A stretch of 57,394 nucleotides of DNA, filler included, from Streblomastix strix (lineage: Eukaryota): assembly GCA_008636045.1 (NCBI GenBank). It is 3 parts of 3 records of this genome, joined end to end, with 100 filler letters (N's around TTAATTAATTAA, not from the genome) between each part and the next. Parts side by side here need not be neighbours in the genome. Positions count along the whole stretch, not along the records: positions 1 to 19,075 come from SNRW01000547.1; 2 more parts are not named here. The stretch is one strand, 5' to 3'. The notes beneath the pieces are model-generated. The model was not told the origin of the DNA, searched no databases, and saw nothing but the letters and a program-made list of their open reading frames with translations. A program made the position numbers and the translations under genes. Below, one piece after another: positions 1-11,856 of this stretch (position 1 is its first letter; every line of letters starts with the position of its first letter).

Positions 1-70
1 GAATGTATTATCTATGAGACATTGATTCGATAAAATGATGCAAATACATTTATTTTTGCGTAATAAAATC

Positions 71-400
71 ATGGCAGCAGGAATAATCAACAAGCTAAAA
101 AAACTAATCTCTGTAGTTGGTAAAGGAGTCAGTTGGATGAATGATAAAGTAGTCAACCCAAAAATGTCTATAACTAACACACTTCTCTAATCTTTGGGAC
201 AAGCAGGAAGTATGGTGGCGAAAGGAATTAGTGCAAGATCATTTGCAGTTGATGCACTATTCGGATCAAATAAATAATAATCAAAATAACAGTTCAGATA
301 AGATTTTTAGACATTCCGGAAGGATGATTACTTAAGGAAAAATGTTCCGATTGATATAATTAGTAAACGTATACAGCTACTTGGAGATGAATTATAGTGA
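71..400 (+). CDS. Small viral protein (109 aa) with N-terminal amphipathic helix
   Basis: Code-6 ORF MAAGIINKLKKLISVVGKGVSWMNDKVVNP...IQLLGDELQ*, preceded by the TATTTTTG..AAA leader and directly upstream of the major capsid gene. Confidence 0.7.
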
Positions 401-453
401 ATCATTATTCGAGTTAACTAACATATAATCAAATTATTTTTGCGCAATTAAAC

Positions 454-2175
454 ATGAATTTCTAGCTTATGAAGACGTTTATTCCAAAATCACAGGAAAA
501 TTTGTAGACTATTGAGAACCTGTTAAAGACCTTCGCAATTCAACCATTTTAGAATGATGGAGAGCACCATTTCTCAATCAAAGAGATCAAGCCAGAATCA
601 TAAATGCCATCATTATTTGATAAGGAAGTTATCATCAGTTTATCCGATTCAGATCATTACGTAACACAAATGTAAAATTCATTCATTACACTTGAGTTTA
701 AAATGAATCTGTTATTCGATAATAAATTTGATAAATTTGATGATGCTTATAAAGAAGGTACTTTCATATTTGTTGGATTGAAGAATTCAGCTTAATTGAT
801 TAAATAATATGTTCTATATCATTGAGGAAAGACCATTGATGGATCCCTCTGGAATGATGCAACAACTGAATCATTTATTTATAATACTATCAAACCAAAA
901 TCAGAGAAGAATAATAATAGATTCGTTCATTCACTCTATGAAAATGTACGTAAATTTGACATATCTTGCTGCGGTAGATTTATTAGCATTAAAGAAATTT
1001 CAGAAGTACTTGCACCATAAACTTCATCTCCATATGCTATGCCAGTTGGCTTCACAGTATCAATCCCTCTAGATGATTTACTCATTTTCTCTGCATTCTC
1101 TGAATATCCTAATAGTCTATTTGGTGATCTCAAAATTAAATTCAAAATTAACCCAAGCGCATTCGTATTCTGCTAAATAGATCCAGTACTTTCAATGGCT
1201 AAATATTATACAATTAATAAAGATGAAATATTTAGCTCATGTTGAGATAAGTTTAAGGATATTGATCTATTCTTCCGCAACTGGAGTCTCACATTCCAAT
1301 ACACTAACATGTACACACAAATTGGATGCACTGCTCATTTGGTTACTGGTATACGAGCAGAAGAGCTAACTCCTTCACGATTAAAGAATCTCGTATGTGC
1401 TATTAAACCAGTTACAGTATCCGTAAGAAGTTATGTTATCGAAGCTATAACAGCAAATATGTGTGGGTATAAAGCGTCAGAAACTTGTCTTAATCGTGTA
1501 CATTAATTTTATTAAAATCACCCATTTGTTGTTCCTGCATAACGTATTGAATCATTGGTATTTCCAAGTGCAGCTTCATCCGCTGGAATAAAAACAACTT
1601 AAAATATACCTCTATCTCATGTAACTGATATGTGCTTATTATTCCCTAAGGATGCTAGACATGTTACTTGTTATGAAAATCCGTGCTATTTTGATATGTA
1701 TATTAATACAATGAATAGAAATTTCCCAAATTTCCCAATGAATACTCTTAATGAATAATTCTTCACAATGCAATTATAAGCTAATAATGACGATAATATA
1801 TTCGAGGAATGTGACGAATATGAAGAATCACTCGCAACTCCAAGGGCTAATAATACACGAAGATACAATTCAGTGAGTGATTATACATCATTCTTCATCA
1901 CAATATAATGTAAACGCAATAGCAATGGTGCATTATCATTTGATGGATTAGATTCTAAGAACTAGAATACTGCAATTGAACTAAAAGGACATCCAATATT
2001 CGCAGGAAAAATAGATACTTATTATAATGTTGATACTAATGGAAAACATCCACCTCCTCCGATTCTGTGCACAGTTCACGATACTTTCTGGCTATTCAGT
2101 CCTAGAGATGGAGGATCTTGCATATATGATATAACTCATTCATTTGATTAGGTTATTAATTAGGTTACTGCTTGA
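454..2175 (+). pseudogene. Putative double jelly-roll major capsid protein (~573 aa), two premature TGA
   Basis: Single frame MNFQLMKTFIP...FDQVINQVTA* with TGA at 823-825 and 1243-1245. Beta-rich, with the segment SIPLDDLLIFSAFSEYPNSLFGDLKIKFKIN resembling the Polinton MCP ipl..l..f...p....l.i.l pattern. Size and context fit; the fold is inferred. Confidence 0.72.
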
Positions 2176-2203
2176 TATTGATGAACATTATTTTTGTTAT
2201 AAA

Positions 2204-2578
2204 ATGCCATTTGATATGACCTCAGCTCCTAATGTAAAACGCTTCGTAATAATATAGGATGATTGTACGTATGTTGATGGAATGTTTAAAGAATAGTTGC
2301 CTTATGATTTTGTTAACTCAAATAATTAGCGAAAAATAGTATTCGTATAATGTAAGATTCTTAATACTTCTGATATTGTCTCTATTTATTCAATACTAGT
2401 ATAAGAAGAATAATATTATGATAATTTTGTAAGTTTTTGTAATGAAACTAGAACAATTACTGAATTTTAATAAATGAATCATTAGCCAAGTATATTGATT
2501 TTGTTCAAAAATAATATGAATTAGAATGTATCATAAACGGATATAAAATTTGTTCTTGTATTGATGCTTCAATATTGA
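2204..2578 (+). CDS. Putative minor capsid/penton-like single jelly-roll protein (124 aa)
   Basis: Intact code-6 ORF MPFDMTSAPNVKRFVII...LPYDFVNSNNQRKIVFVQCKI...DNFVSFCNE...IKFVLVLMLQY*. Alternating beta-strand C-terminus typical of Polinton pentons; adjacent to the MCP. Confidence 0.55.
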
Positions 2579-2765
2579 TTGTGAATTATTTTTAAATAAT
2601 TGAGGGGGAGAATATTCCTCCTCAACTTTTTTGTATATTAGTGTTCGAATTATCGGTTCAATCAGCTGTGCCCATTTAGGTCCAGCCCCCTCATAAATCA
2701 TTTTTCATGCATAAATAAATAATCATTATTTCATTTACTAATCCAACTTTTTTTCTAATCAGAAA

Positions 2766-3612
2766 ATGACATCTAAAACCCCTTCAACCCGTCAAGTAGG
2801 CTCGAACAACGAAAATTTCACAATTGGTTCTTATAATGGTTTCGAAATAATGATACGTGATAGTAATGGCTTCATAAACGCTATTAAATTAGTCTAATAA
2901 ATAAATAAAAGAGAACATACAACTAAGGAATTATGTAATATTACACGTTCACCAGTCTTTGTAGAATATAAGTAATATCTAGAGAAAAGTAGCCCGTTCA
3001 ATTTGAACGGAACATTTGCTACTTTCTTCCGACTGCATTTATGAATGATGTTAGAGGAACATTCATTCATAAGTAATTATTGAATATTATCTGCACAAAA
3101 TCATCAGTTAAATACTTACATCATGCCTCAACTATAATGAACAAAATTAATGAAACAACTATAGCAGAACATGAGGCAAATATAACATAAGCAATATCAT
3201 ATTAATTCCATAGTGTAATGAATACAGTTACCGATACGCTATCTAATCGAATACCAGAATTGAATTCAGATATAAATTCATTAATTCCAAGAGCAGTTCC
3301 CAAAGGTAAATAAAGAAGCTTTTGCTTAATAGTTGAAGAAGTCCATTAATATGATGATTAATTAAAGATATAAATTAGAAGAAATATGAAGAAAAATATT
3401 AGCAAAGGATTAAGGAATACTATAAAAATGATACATTATTGTTTATCGATAATTTGCCAATAGCTACAACAATTAATGAAGTAATTAAAGAGCAGCTATC
3501 AAATAGAGTTGGAATGAAGATAAAAGCAACTAAATACACTTTTCCATATGACCAATTAGATGATATAATCGAACGAATTAAATAGATAATAATTGAAGTT
3601 TAGTATATATGA
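2766..3612 (+). pseudogene. KilA-N domain DNA-binding protein, frameshifted
   Basis: GSYNGFEIMIRDSNGFINAIKL and RGTFIH KilA-N motifs; frame changes near 3020 and 3420. Confidence 0.8.
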
Positions 3613-3695
3613 GCTTAATTTATTTTTGTTTAATTGAAATATCTCGTATACTATTCGATAGTAAGCTAGTTAAAAACAATAAGTCCAAAGATAAA

Positions 3696-4043
3696 ATGTA
3701 ACCATTACCTGAACTATAAATATTCAATAAAACCGATGAACAACCATTAACGTTTGATTCGACTGATGAATTCCATTAATATTATGCAGCTAATAAAGAA
3801 TCTATTGATAAGATGCCAACAGTAAAATTAAATAAATCATATAAAATAGAAGGATATATCTTCACAAGATAGAATGAACAAATAGCATTGAAATAAACGA
3901 AACATAAGTCATCTGAGCAAATTGAACTAGCTAGTCTATAAGAATAAATCAAAGAAATATATGACAAATTAACGTATTTAGTTAGCTTCTTTGAATAAAA
4001 ATAACAATCAATTTCCTATTAAAATGATGGGTACGTTCATTGA
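3696..4043 (+). CDS. Hypothetical viral protein (115 aa)
   Basis: Intact code-6 ORF MQPLPELQIF...FDSTDEFHQYYAANKESIDKMPTVKLNKSYKIEGY...YVH* with a C-terminal coiled coil. Confidence 0.7.
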
Positions 4044-4817
4044 TCAGATAACTCTCACAATTATTCCGTCATTATTATACTGTACCAGTAATGCTTCTCG
4101 TTTGCATAATTGCACATATTCATTCGATAATGTTTCTTTATCTAGCGGATTGCTTGATTAATAGAAGAATAAATTGAATTTTTATCTATTGAATCCATCG
4201 AAAAAGTATATTATATCAACATTAGATTTAATGCTAGCATCTAGACCTATTATATCTTGCAAGCATAGGAAATAAATGATTCTTGGCTATTTATTTTTGA
4301 ATATTTTCTTATATAATGGATTGTTTTTATTCTTGAAGATACTCATTGCATCATCGAACAGCATTATTGTATGTGGAAATTTGATAGAAAAGTCCTTTGC
4401 TCCAATATGAGATAATATATCTTTCTTCGATTCTTCTTTCATTTAGTTCTCTAATTTGTATTCAAATACGTCATCGTATACCTTCTTACGTTCAATCAAT
4501 TCATCTAATGCTTCATTCACTTCTGCATATGGAACTATCTTAGTTGGGATAGTGATTAAGTCTTTCATTTTCTTATAAGTTATATCATTATTGCTATCAG
4601 TAACATATATGAATAGTGTGTAACATTTATTAAGCAATTAGCTCAATTTGATTAGCTCTTTGACTACATTATATGAGATACCGCTTCCACGCTATCCTAT
4701 GAGAAAATTGATAGAATTATACGAGAAATTTAGTTCATTATGAATGAATGATTATACTTCATGTTTATTAGTTTTCTATTTGCTAAGTAATTGGTCTACA
4801 TAAGCTGTCAAGGATAT
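4044..4817 (-). pseudogene. A32/FtsK-HerA family DNA packaging ATPase, Walker A Lys lost, start codon not found
   Basis: NFLIGQRGSGISY (Walker A, K>I), IMLFDD (Walker B), KNKQPRIIYFLCLQ (Arg-finger/Gln region). Open frame to TGA at 4044; the likely start position reads ATA. Confidence 0.85.
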
Positions 4818-4869
4818 TTGTTTGTTATTAATTATTTCATTCACTTATGAACCTTTTCTTGTTACCAAA

Positions 4870-6180
4870 ATGAGTACTGAAGAGTTAAATTCTGAAATTA
4901 CAGAAATTTGAGGAAATGCAACGGGTAACGATGAATTCTTTAATGAATTTGATGATACTGAGTAACATATACAAATTTAACATAGGCACAAAAGTCGTAA
5001 AAGTGCTTAAGAATAATTAGCTATATTGAATGAAATAACTGAAGCATTCCGAAGAGTTTAATAAAAATATTAGACCTCAATATTATAAATGACTACAAAT
5101 CCTTTATAAAGTTATATAGCTAGTTAACCTTAAATAATTACCTAAAATCCGATAATTTAGTAACCAATTTAGTTACCAATTTAATTACAAACATAATCAC
5201 TAAGAGAATAATTGATAGAATAAGAATAATAACCAACTTTTATCTAAGACAAAAACATGGCTTAAGCGTAACAATCAATATTTCAAAGTTGGTAAACAGG
5301 ATAGGGATAATCGTTAACAGCAAAATAATAAGCAACAGTAGATATAATGAATGCTGGTGCGGCAAGAAAACGTATAAATCTGGGGTAAGCATTTAACGAT
5401 ACATAACTTGCTGCATTAACAGAAATATTAGATGTAAAGAAATTTAAACATAGAGATATTAAATACAATAAAGAATTGAGAACATTGCCTTCCGCATAAG
5501 CTTATATCGGTAGTAGGAAAAGTATGGCTGGATAAAGAGTTAGAAATGTTGATCCTGATGGTGAAGGATCACTTCCTAGTTTTGCAACTGTTTATACTGA
5601 TAAAGGAAAGCTATATTCTATGGGTGGATATATTCCAAAACTTGAAAGTAAATACGATAGTTTCCAAGAAGATTATATAGGAAGTGTACCAAAAGTCTAA
5701 CGTAAAACTACGAAATTCTTTGATTTTATGAAAGGAAAATAAGTTCCATATGGAAAGGGTAAGGTTCCGACTAATTATTAAAGATTGAATCCCCATCAAC
5801 ACTATATGTCAGCATACGTTCTAACTATGGCTGAAGAATTTAATCAAGCTAACGGAGGAGATTTATGGAAACTTAAAGGAGCATGCATATATGTTGCAGC
5901 AGCAGCTTGGGATTTGATTGTAAGACATCTATTGAAAATTATTGATACATAAATAAATTCGGATGCAGCATGTAAAGAAACTGTTAAACAAGCTGCAAAA
6001 GTGTATAAGAATGAAATTGCAATTAAATATTTCCAAAAGGTTGATGATGATGAAATAGCATTGGCAACAAATATTGAAAACTTATATAATAATATAGCTC
6101 GAGTAGCATATCAGGAAAAGCAAGGAAAATGACTATAATTAGGATATTAAGCTCAAGCATCGTAAATGGAACAAGATTGA
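4870..6180 (+). CDS. Hypothetical viral protein, Gln-rich N-terminal half (possible core protein)
   Basis: One frame from ATG 4870 with a premature TGA at 4909; open from the in-frame ATG at 5089 (or 5257) to TGA at 6180. Confidence 0.65.
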
Positions 6181-6223
6181 TAATGAATGGATTGATCACA
6201 TAATTTATTTTTGATTTATCAAA

Positions 6224-9200
6224 ATGACTAGAACAAAGAAATCAATTGCAGAAGTAAGCAGACTCCTCTAATTATACGATCCAAACACAAACATGAATGT
6301 GAATGATAAATAAAAGAGATCAAATTTAAGTTCAATACTGTCAAAGATTGGATTCTATGGTTAACGTAATAACGTTATTGCTGTGGAATAAGCGATCAAT
6401 GCAGTAGTTTCACGTAATATATATATGAAACAATCCAAAGTAGCAATTGTTACATAAAATCTTGCACGAAAGTGGTTCAATTAACGAGAACAGTAACGAT
6501 TAACACGAGAAGAATAGATATGAGGAGAATAAGAATACAGTAAAATCCGATTAATTCGCACTACCATCGGCGAAAAAAATGCTAGTGCGAATTAAGTTAA
6601 TTCGCACTTTTATAAGTAAAAAGTCAAAGAATTTTTTTTTAAATTTCAAAAAAATAACTATTTTTTCGATTTTTTTTTAAAACTAGAAAAATCTTTGTAT
6701 TTTTGAAAATTTAATGTATGATATTGTATAAACAGTAATATATAATAATAAAATTTAAATATTTACATTAAATATTAAAATTTTTCATAATTAATTTAAG
6801 AAACAAAAATTATTTTCATAAATTTTTATATTTTAAGTGCGAATTATAAAATTTTTTTGCGAATTATCTATAAGAAATTAATAGAGAAACAGTGACATTT
6901 CCTCAAATAATATAATAGTGCGAATTATACATATGGTGCGAATTAATCGGTGTGCGAATTAACAGGATTATACTGTAATTATAAAAATAACGTGAATTAG
7001 ACATAAAAGAATTAAGAGAAGAGTTCGATCCAGAACTATTAGACGAAGAAGGTATATTCGATCCAGAACGATATAGATAATAGCAGCATTAATTAAGAGC
7101 ATAAGAGATAGAGAAACACAGGAGAAAATAAGATGAAGATAGATAGGCAAGATAAGCGTAGTTGTTAGATGAATTTCATAATGTAGAGGATATGAACATC
7201 GATATACTATTCGAAACAGACTAATAAGAAATTAGCGATTACATTAGAATTCATGAAAAATATGTGTATCATCGCTTAAATACAGATAATGATGTGATTA
7301 TGCTATGTGACATATAGAAAGAAGCGCAATTCAATAGAATTAAGAACATTGCATTAAATAGATACAATAAAGAAACAGGTACTCTTTCTTATAAATCACA
7401 TAATTTATCATCAATTAATTAAATGAAACCAACTAAATAATATTATACTAATATTGCTTCATAAGCTGATTTAGATAAACACTTAGACTCTGTATATGAT
7501 AAAGAAAAAGGGAATGTGTTTAAACTAAATGTTGATTTTGGAGTGCTAATAGAACGTGTTGATGGTAATAATGAAGATTAGACAATATAGTACAAATATG
7601 TACTTCCAGTTAATGTAAACTCCGAACGAAGAGCACCATTAGAGATACGATCTAGAGATAACATTAATATGTACAAGTGGTATCTTCGAACAGTTATAGG
7701 AAGCGTGTAGGAGAGAGTTTATACAGATACTCATGAAAAAATAGTATCAATTTTCTCAATAATGCTTTTTGTTTTTCGATATCCATTAGCAGGTGCAGCT
7801 ATTCCTTCATTAAAGTAGCATATTAAATGAAGAGAGATATATTATATTGATTTTAAAGTGAATCTATGTTTCTGTACAGCATATTCATTCGTCACAATTC
7901 CTAATACTAAGGATAAATATTGGAAAGATTGTTCTAGAATCGCTGAATCTAAGCGTATATTTTCAAGAGTAAATGGAGTAGCGTTTCGAGATAATTATTA
8001 AGGATTCGATTTTGTAAGAGAAATTGATAAATTTATTAATAAAGAATAGGTTAATGTGTACATGTACGCCTATAAAAGTGATCCTCTACACTATGAACTT
8101 ACATAAAATTATCTCGTTAATGGTTCAGACATATAGTTCAATATCCTATTCATTAATGATGAAATTAACGCGCACATTATGTATGTATCTGATGTTGAAG
8201 CACTAACTGGATTTCGTTACTGTAATATATGTCATAAATAAACTTTCCGAATAGGAGATACAATTCTATAATAATTAATGAGAAATCATATGAAAAAATG
8301 TCAAAAGAATGGTGTAAAAATAGTGAAGAAAGTTATCTTAGAAAAATTTGCAAAACCGTTTGTTTCTCATATTTTATCTAATAAGACTTATAAGTATCTA
8401 TAAACGAATAATTTAACTCAATTGTTCAAACCTACAAGAAATTACATATCATATGATATTGAAACATTAGAAAAGAAAATTAATGAAAAATTTGGTGATA
8501 TTTCATAAGTTACTGCAACTCTAATTCCATACGCTATTGCATCAACTGTCAAATTGGCTAGTGGTATCCATTCATTTTATTACGATATTCGAACAGACGA
8601 TTTCTTAGATAAGTGGTTAGAGTAAGTATTTGAAGAAGCGAAATATGTTAAGAAAGATAATAAATATACTGATGAAACAATTCCATAATATTATGAAGTA
8701 CCAGTAATTGGGTTCAATTCTGCTAAATTTGATGCGTCAGAGCTATTTAAGAATTTGAAGTCAAAAGATTGGACTATCTCGAAATATTTGTGCTCAAGTA
8801 CAATCGCAAAATAGATAATTGTCAAGCATTAGTCTTCAAGCATTCAATTGAGATTCGTTGATTTTAAGATCTATATTATGCAACATAAGTTAAAGGATGC
8901 TGTTAGAGATTTTGGGAATGGATTGAATAAGAAAGGTCGTTTTCCTCATGAATTCATAAACACTAATAATTACATGAATGAACTGAATAAAAGTGAACCA
9001 TTTCCGATCGAAGCATTTGATAATAAATTACGAAATAAGAAGCTTAGTGAGGTTAGGTACAAGGAGTATCTGGTCGAAGCAGCTAAACACAAATCACGAT
9101 GGGATTACTTGAAGCATTACAATATATTAGATACTAGAGTTCTCATTGAACCTATAGATTACTTGATTGAGTTAATGTTTAAATATAAAGTGGATATGCT

Positions 9201-11169
9201 AGCTAATATATCTATGTCATAATGCGCTAATTCGATCAAATATTCAATAACATATAATGGTTTTGATATTGATGGAGATTATAATTGTGAAAGCACAGAT
9301 AAATTAATCGAAATCACATAGAATTATTGGAGAGCTAAAGTGGATAGTTATATCGAATAAGGTAATAAAAAAGGTAGAGATTCAAGCAATAAAGTTATGA
9401 TTGATGATTATGATTATTTTAAAGAAATATTCAAGAATTAACGATGTCATATGTGCAATGCACGATTCACATGGAAGAATAAGCCCAAATTAGATAGAAT
9501 TGATGATAACAAAGGTCATTCAAAAGGTAATGTGATTAAATGCTGTTTATATTGCAATGTATGCAAAGCTAATCGAGATGATAAATAAATGAAATTAATG
9601 GTATAGTTAAAGAAATATGCGCTATTAAAACGATTACCTATGGCATTAACGAGTAATGAAGGATATCAATTATTGAGTAAAGGTATTATTGGAAGTATAT
9701 CAAATGTGATGCATCGATACAATATTTCAGGAGAAACGAGAATTAATCATTTCGAATTTGATTAAGAAAATAAGTGTGTGTATTCAATTGATTCAGATTA
9801 TGTGATGACCCATGCAGTTTAGTTAGATTTTCATAGCTAATATCCAAGTGTTATGAGTGGTGAGCCAAATATGTTAAATTCTTATACAAATCACATAATA
9901 TTTATACCAGCATAATTGATTGAAAAGATTACTGATCAAGATCGATGTAAAGCACTAATATATGACACTAGCAGGTTCTCTAATGACCCATTAGTAGTCG
10001 ATAAAATGTTATTATTTGTTGCTGAAGTTAGAGGTCACACTGATGAAAGATATATTAATGAAGTGATTAATTGGGGTCCTATTCTAAGAAATATTGATAT
10101 CACAACAAACAAAGAGACAATTGGTGAATTTATGTATAATCATCTAGTCAATCACTAACTCCTGCATGATAAAACAGAATGAAAATTAACAAATTTAGTA
10201 GATACCAATAATGAAATAATGTCATTCAATAATTACTATTTATGGTTACTAATTGATACATATCATCTTGTAATTGACGAGATAGTTAGTGTTACCACAT
10301 TTACGAAACACACTAATTTCAACTCATTCGTGAAGGAATTTATGAATCTTCGATAGTAAGCGAAAGATGCTAAAAATGAAGGAATAGGATAATTCTGTAA
10401 GTTAATATTGAACTCAGTATTTGGAGGCGATGCACTAAATAGTGAGAAATATTCCAATACAAGATAACTCTCTGCAAATAAGACATTCATATAACATATA
10501 ATGGGTGGATTCATTCATTCGACCGAATTAAATGATGACTTATACGCTGTGTAAGTGGATAGGAAAAACTGTCGTTGCAATACATGTTTATAAGTAGCTT
10601 ACTTCGTACTTGATTCTGCGAAATTTTGGCACGATAATTTCATATATAATTTTATGAATATGGCTTATAATATGAATAGGATGCACTTTATTCAAGGAGA
10701 TGCTGATTCATTAACTTGGGCAATTAGTAGTAATCCAAATAGAGGTCCAGAACAGTTATTTGAAGAAGTCATCAAAGACTAGTGGTTCTTTGACAGATAC
10801 AAAGATTGTGTGTTTTCAGAGAATGGATAGAAATATATACTTCATATTGGTGTGGAAAAATATGGTTAGAACTGTATAGCTCTATTACCTAAAAATTACA
10901 TAATTAATAATGAGATTGTTTTGAAGGGAGTGATTTTGAATCAAAATCCATGGATCAATGGACAATCGTTTGAGGACTGCATTAACAAAGGAACTATTGC
11001 AACAGCTATTAATACTACATTAGTGTAGAAGAAAGGTACTATGAGCAGGTTGAAAATGGAGAAAAATGCAGTCATGGGATCTCATACTAAGATGATAGTA
11101 TTATCGAATCAATCATGTCATCAATTTATCAAAAATATCAAAGCAGACAGATATTTTAATAAATAGTGA
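6224..11169 (+). pseudogene. pPolB: Protein-primed family B DNA polymerase (~1500 aa), interrupted by a MITE and three TGA
   Basis: ExoI YDIET (~8452), ExoII GFNSAKFD (~8710), ExoIII HYNILD (~9115), motif A LDFHSQYPSVM (~9823), motif B KLILNSVFG (~10399), motif C QGDADS (~10693). TGA at 6521, 7828 and 10180. The frame is restored when 6538-6977 is removed. Confidence 0.95.
6538..6975. mobile_element. 438-bp non-autonomous Tc1/mariner-pogo type MITE
   Basis: 24-bp TIRs CAGTAAAATCCGATTAATTCGCAC / CAGTATAATCCTGTTAATTCGCAC (21/24), TA duplication at 6536-6537 and 6976-6977, about eight copies of TAATTCGCA(C) in both orientations; removal restores the PolB frame. Confidence 0.93.
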
Positions 11170-11194
11170 TTATATTATTTTTACTTTATCAAAA

Positions 11195-11830
11195 ATGGAC
11201 AAACAAGAGAAACAAGATGAAGTAGTTAATACATTAAAATAATGAATTTCATAAATGCAACAAACAAAAGCTTTATGTAAGTTATCGATGGATTTATAAA
11301 AAATATGTGATAGTATGGACTGATGCGATTAAAATTAGATGCAAGAATTGCAGGTGGATTACCTTGTAGAACTAATAAAATGAAGACAGAATGTTTCGAT
11401 GATTAAGCATTCTATTTAAGACATGCAGGTGAATTAACGAAAATAAATAATGAAAAAAATCTAGTTTGTTTCGATGAGGCACATAGCGATACTGAGTTTG
11501 AAATGCGAATATCGCTTAAAGATAGAATATCGGATGAGATCCAGTGGATGAACTCTGAATGCAATGTCGAAAATAAGCTTCATAATGCTTGTGATGAATA
11601 TAAAGAAATACAAGATAATTATATAAATTAGTTAGAAGAATTAGTTAAAATATTAGAGAGAATAATCTATTTTTACACTAATCAAAATGCATATCTTTTA
11701 ACCATTATCTGCTAATATTACTATAACCATTGAAGCGCTTGAATAGCTACATATTGATTGGCACGCTATCTTTAAGACTATTTAGGATGCCACTATCAAA
11801 TATGCTTGCGAATCGAAGATCTGCCATTGA
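11195..11830 (+). other. Cluster of two or three short, partly degraded viral ORFs
   Basis: AAAATG starts at 11195, 11380 (MKTECFDDQAFYLRHAGEL...) and ~11687 (MHIFQPLSAN...), two of them with the TATTTTT leader; no recognisable domain. Confidence 0.4.
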
Positions 11831-11856
11831 AGTCTATAATTATTTTTGTATATAAA

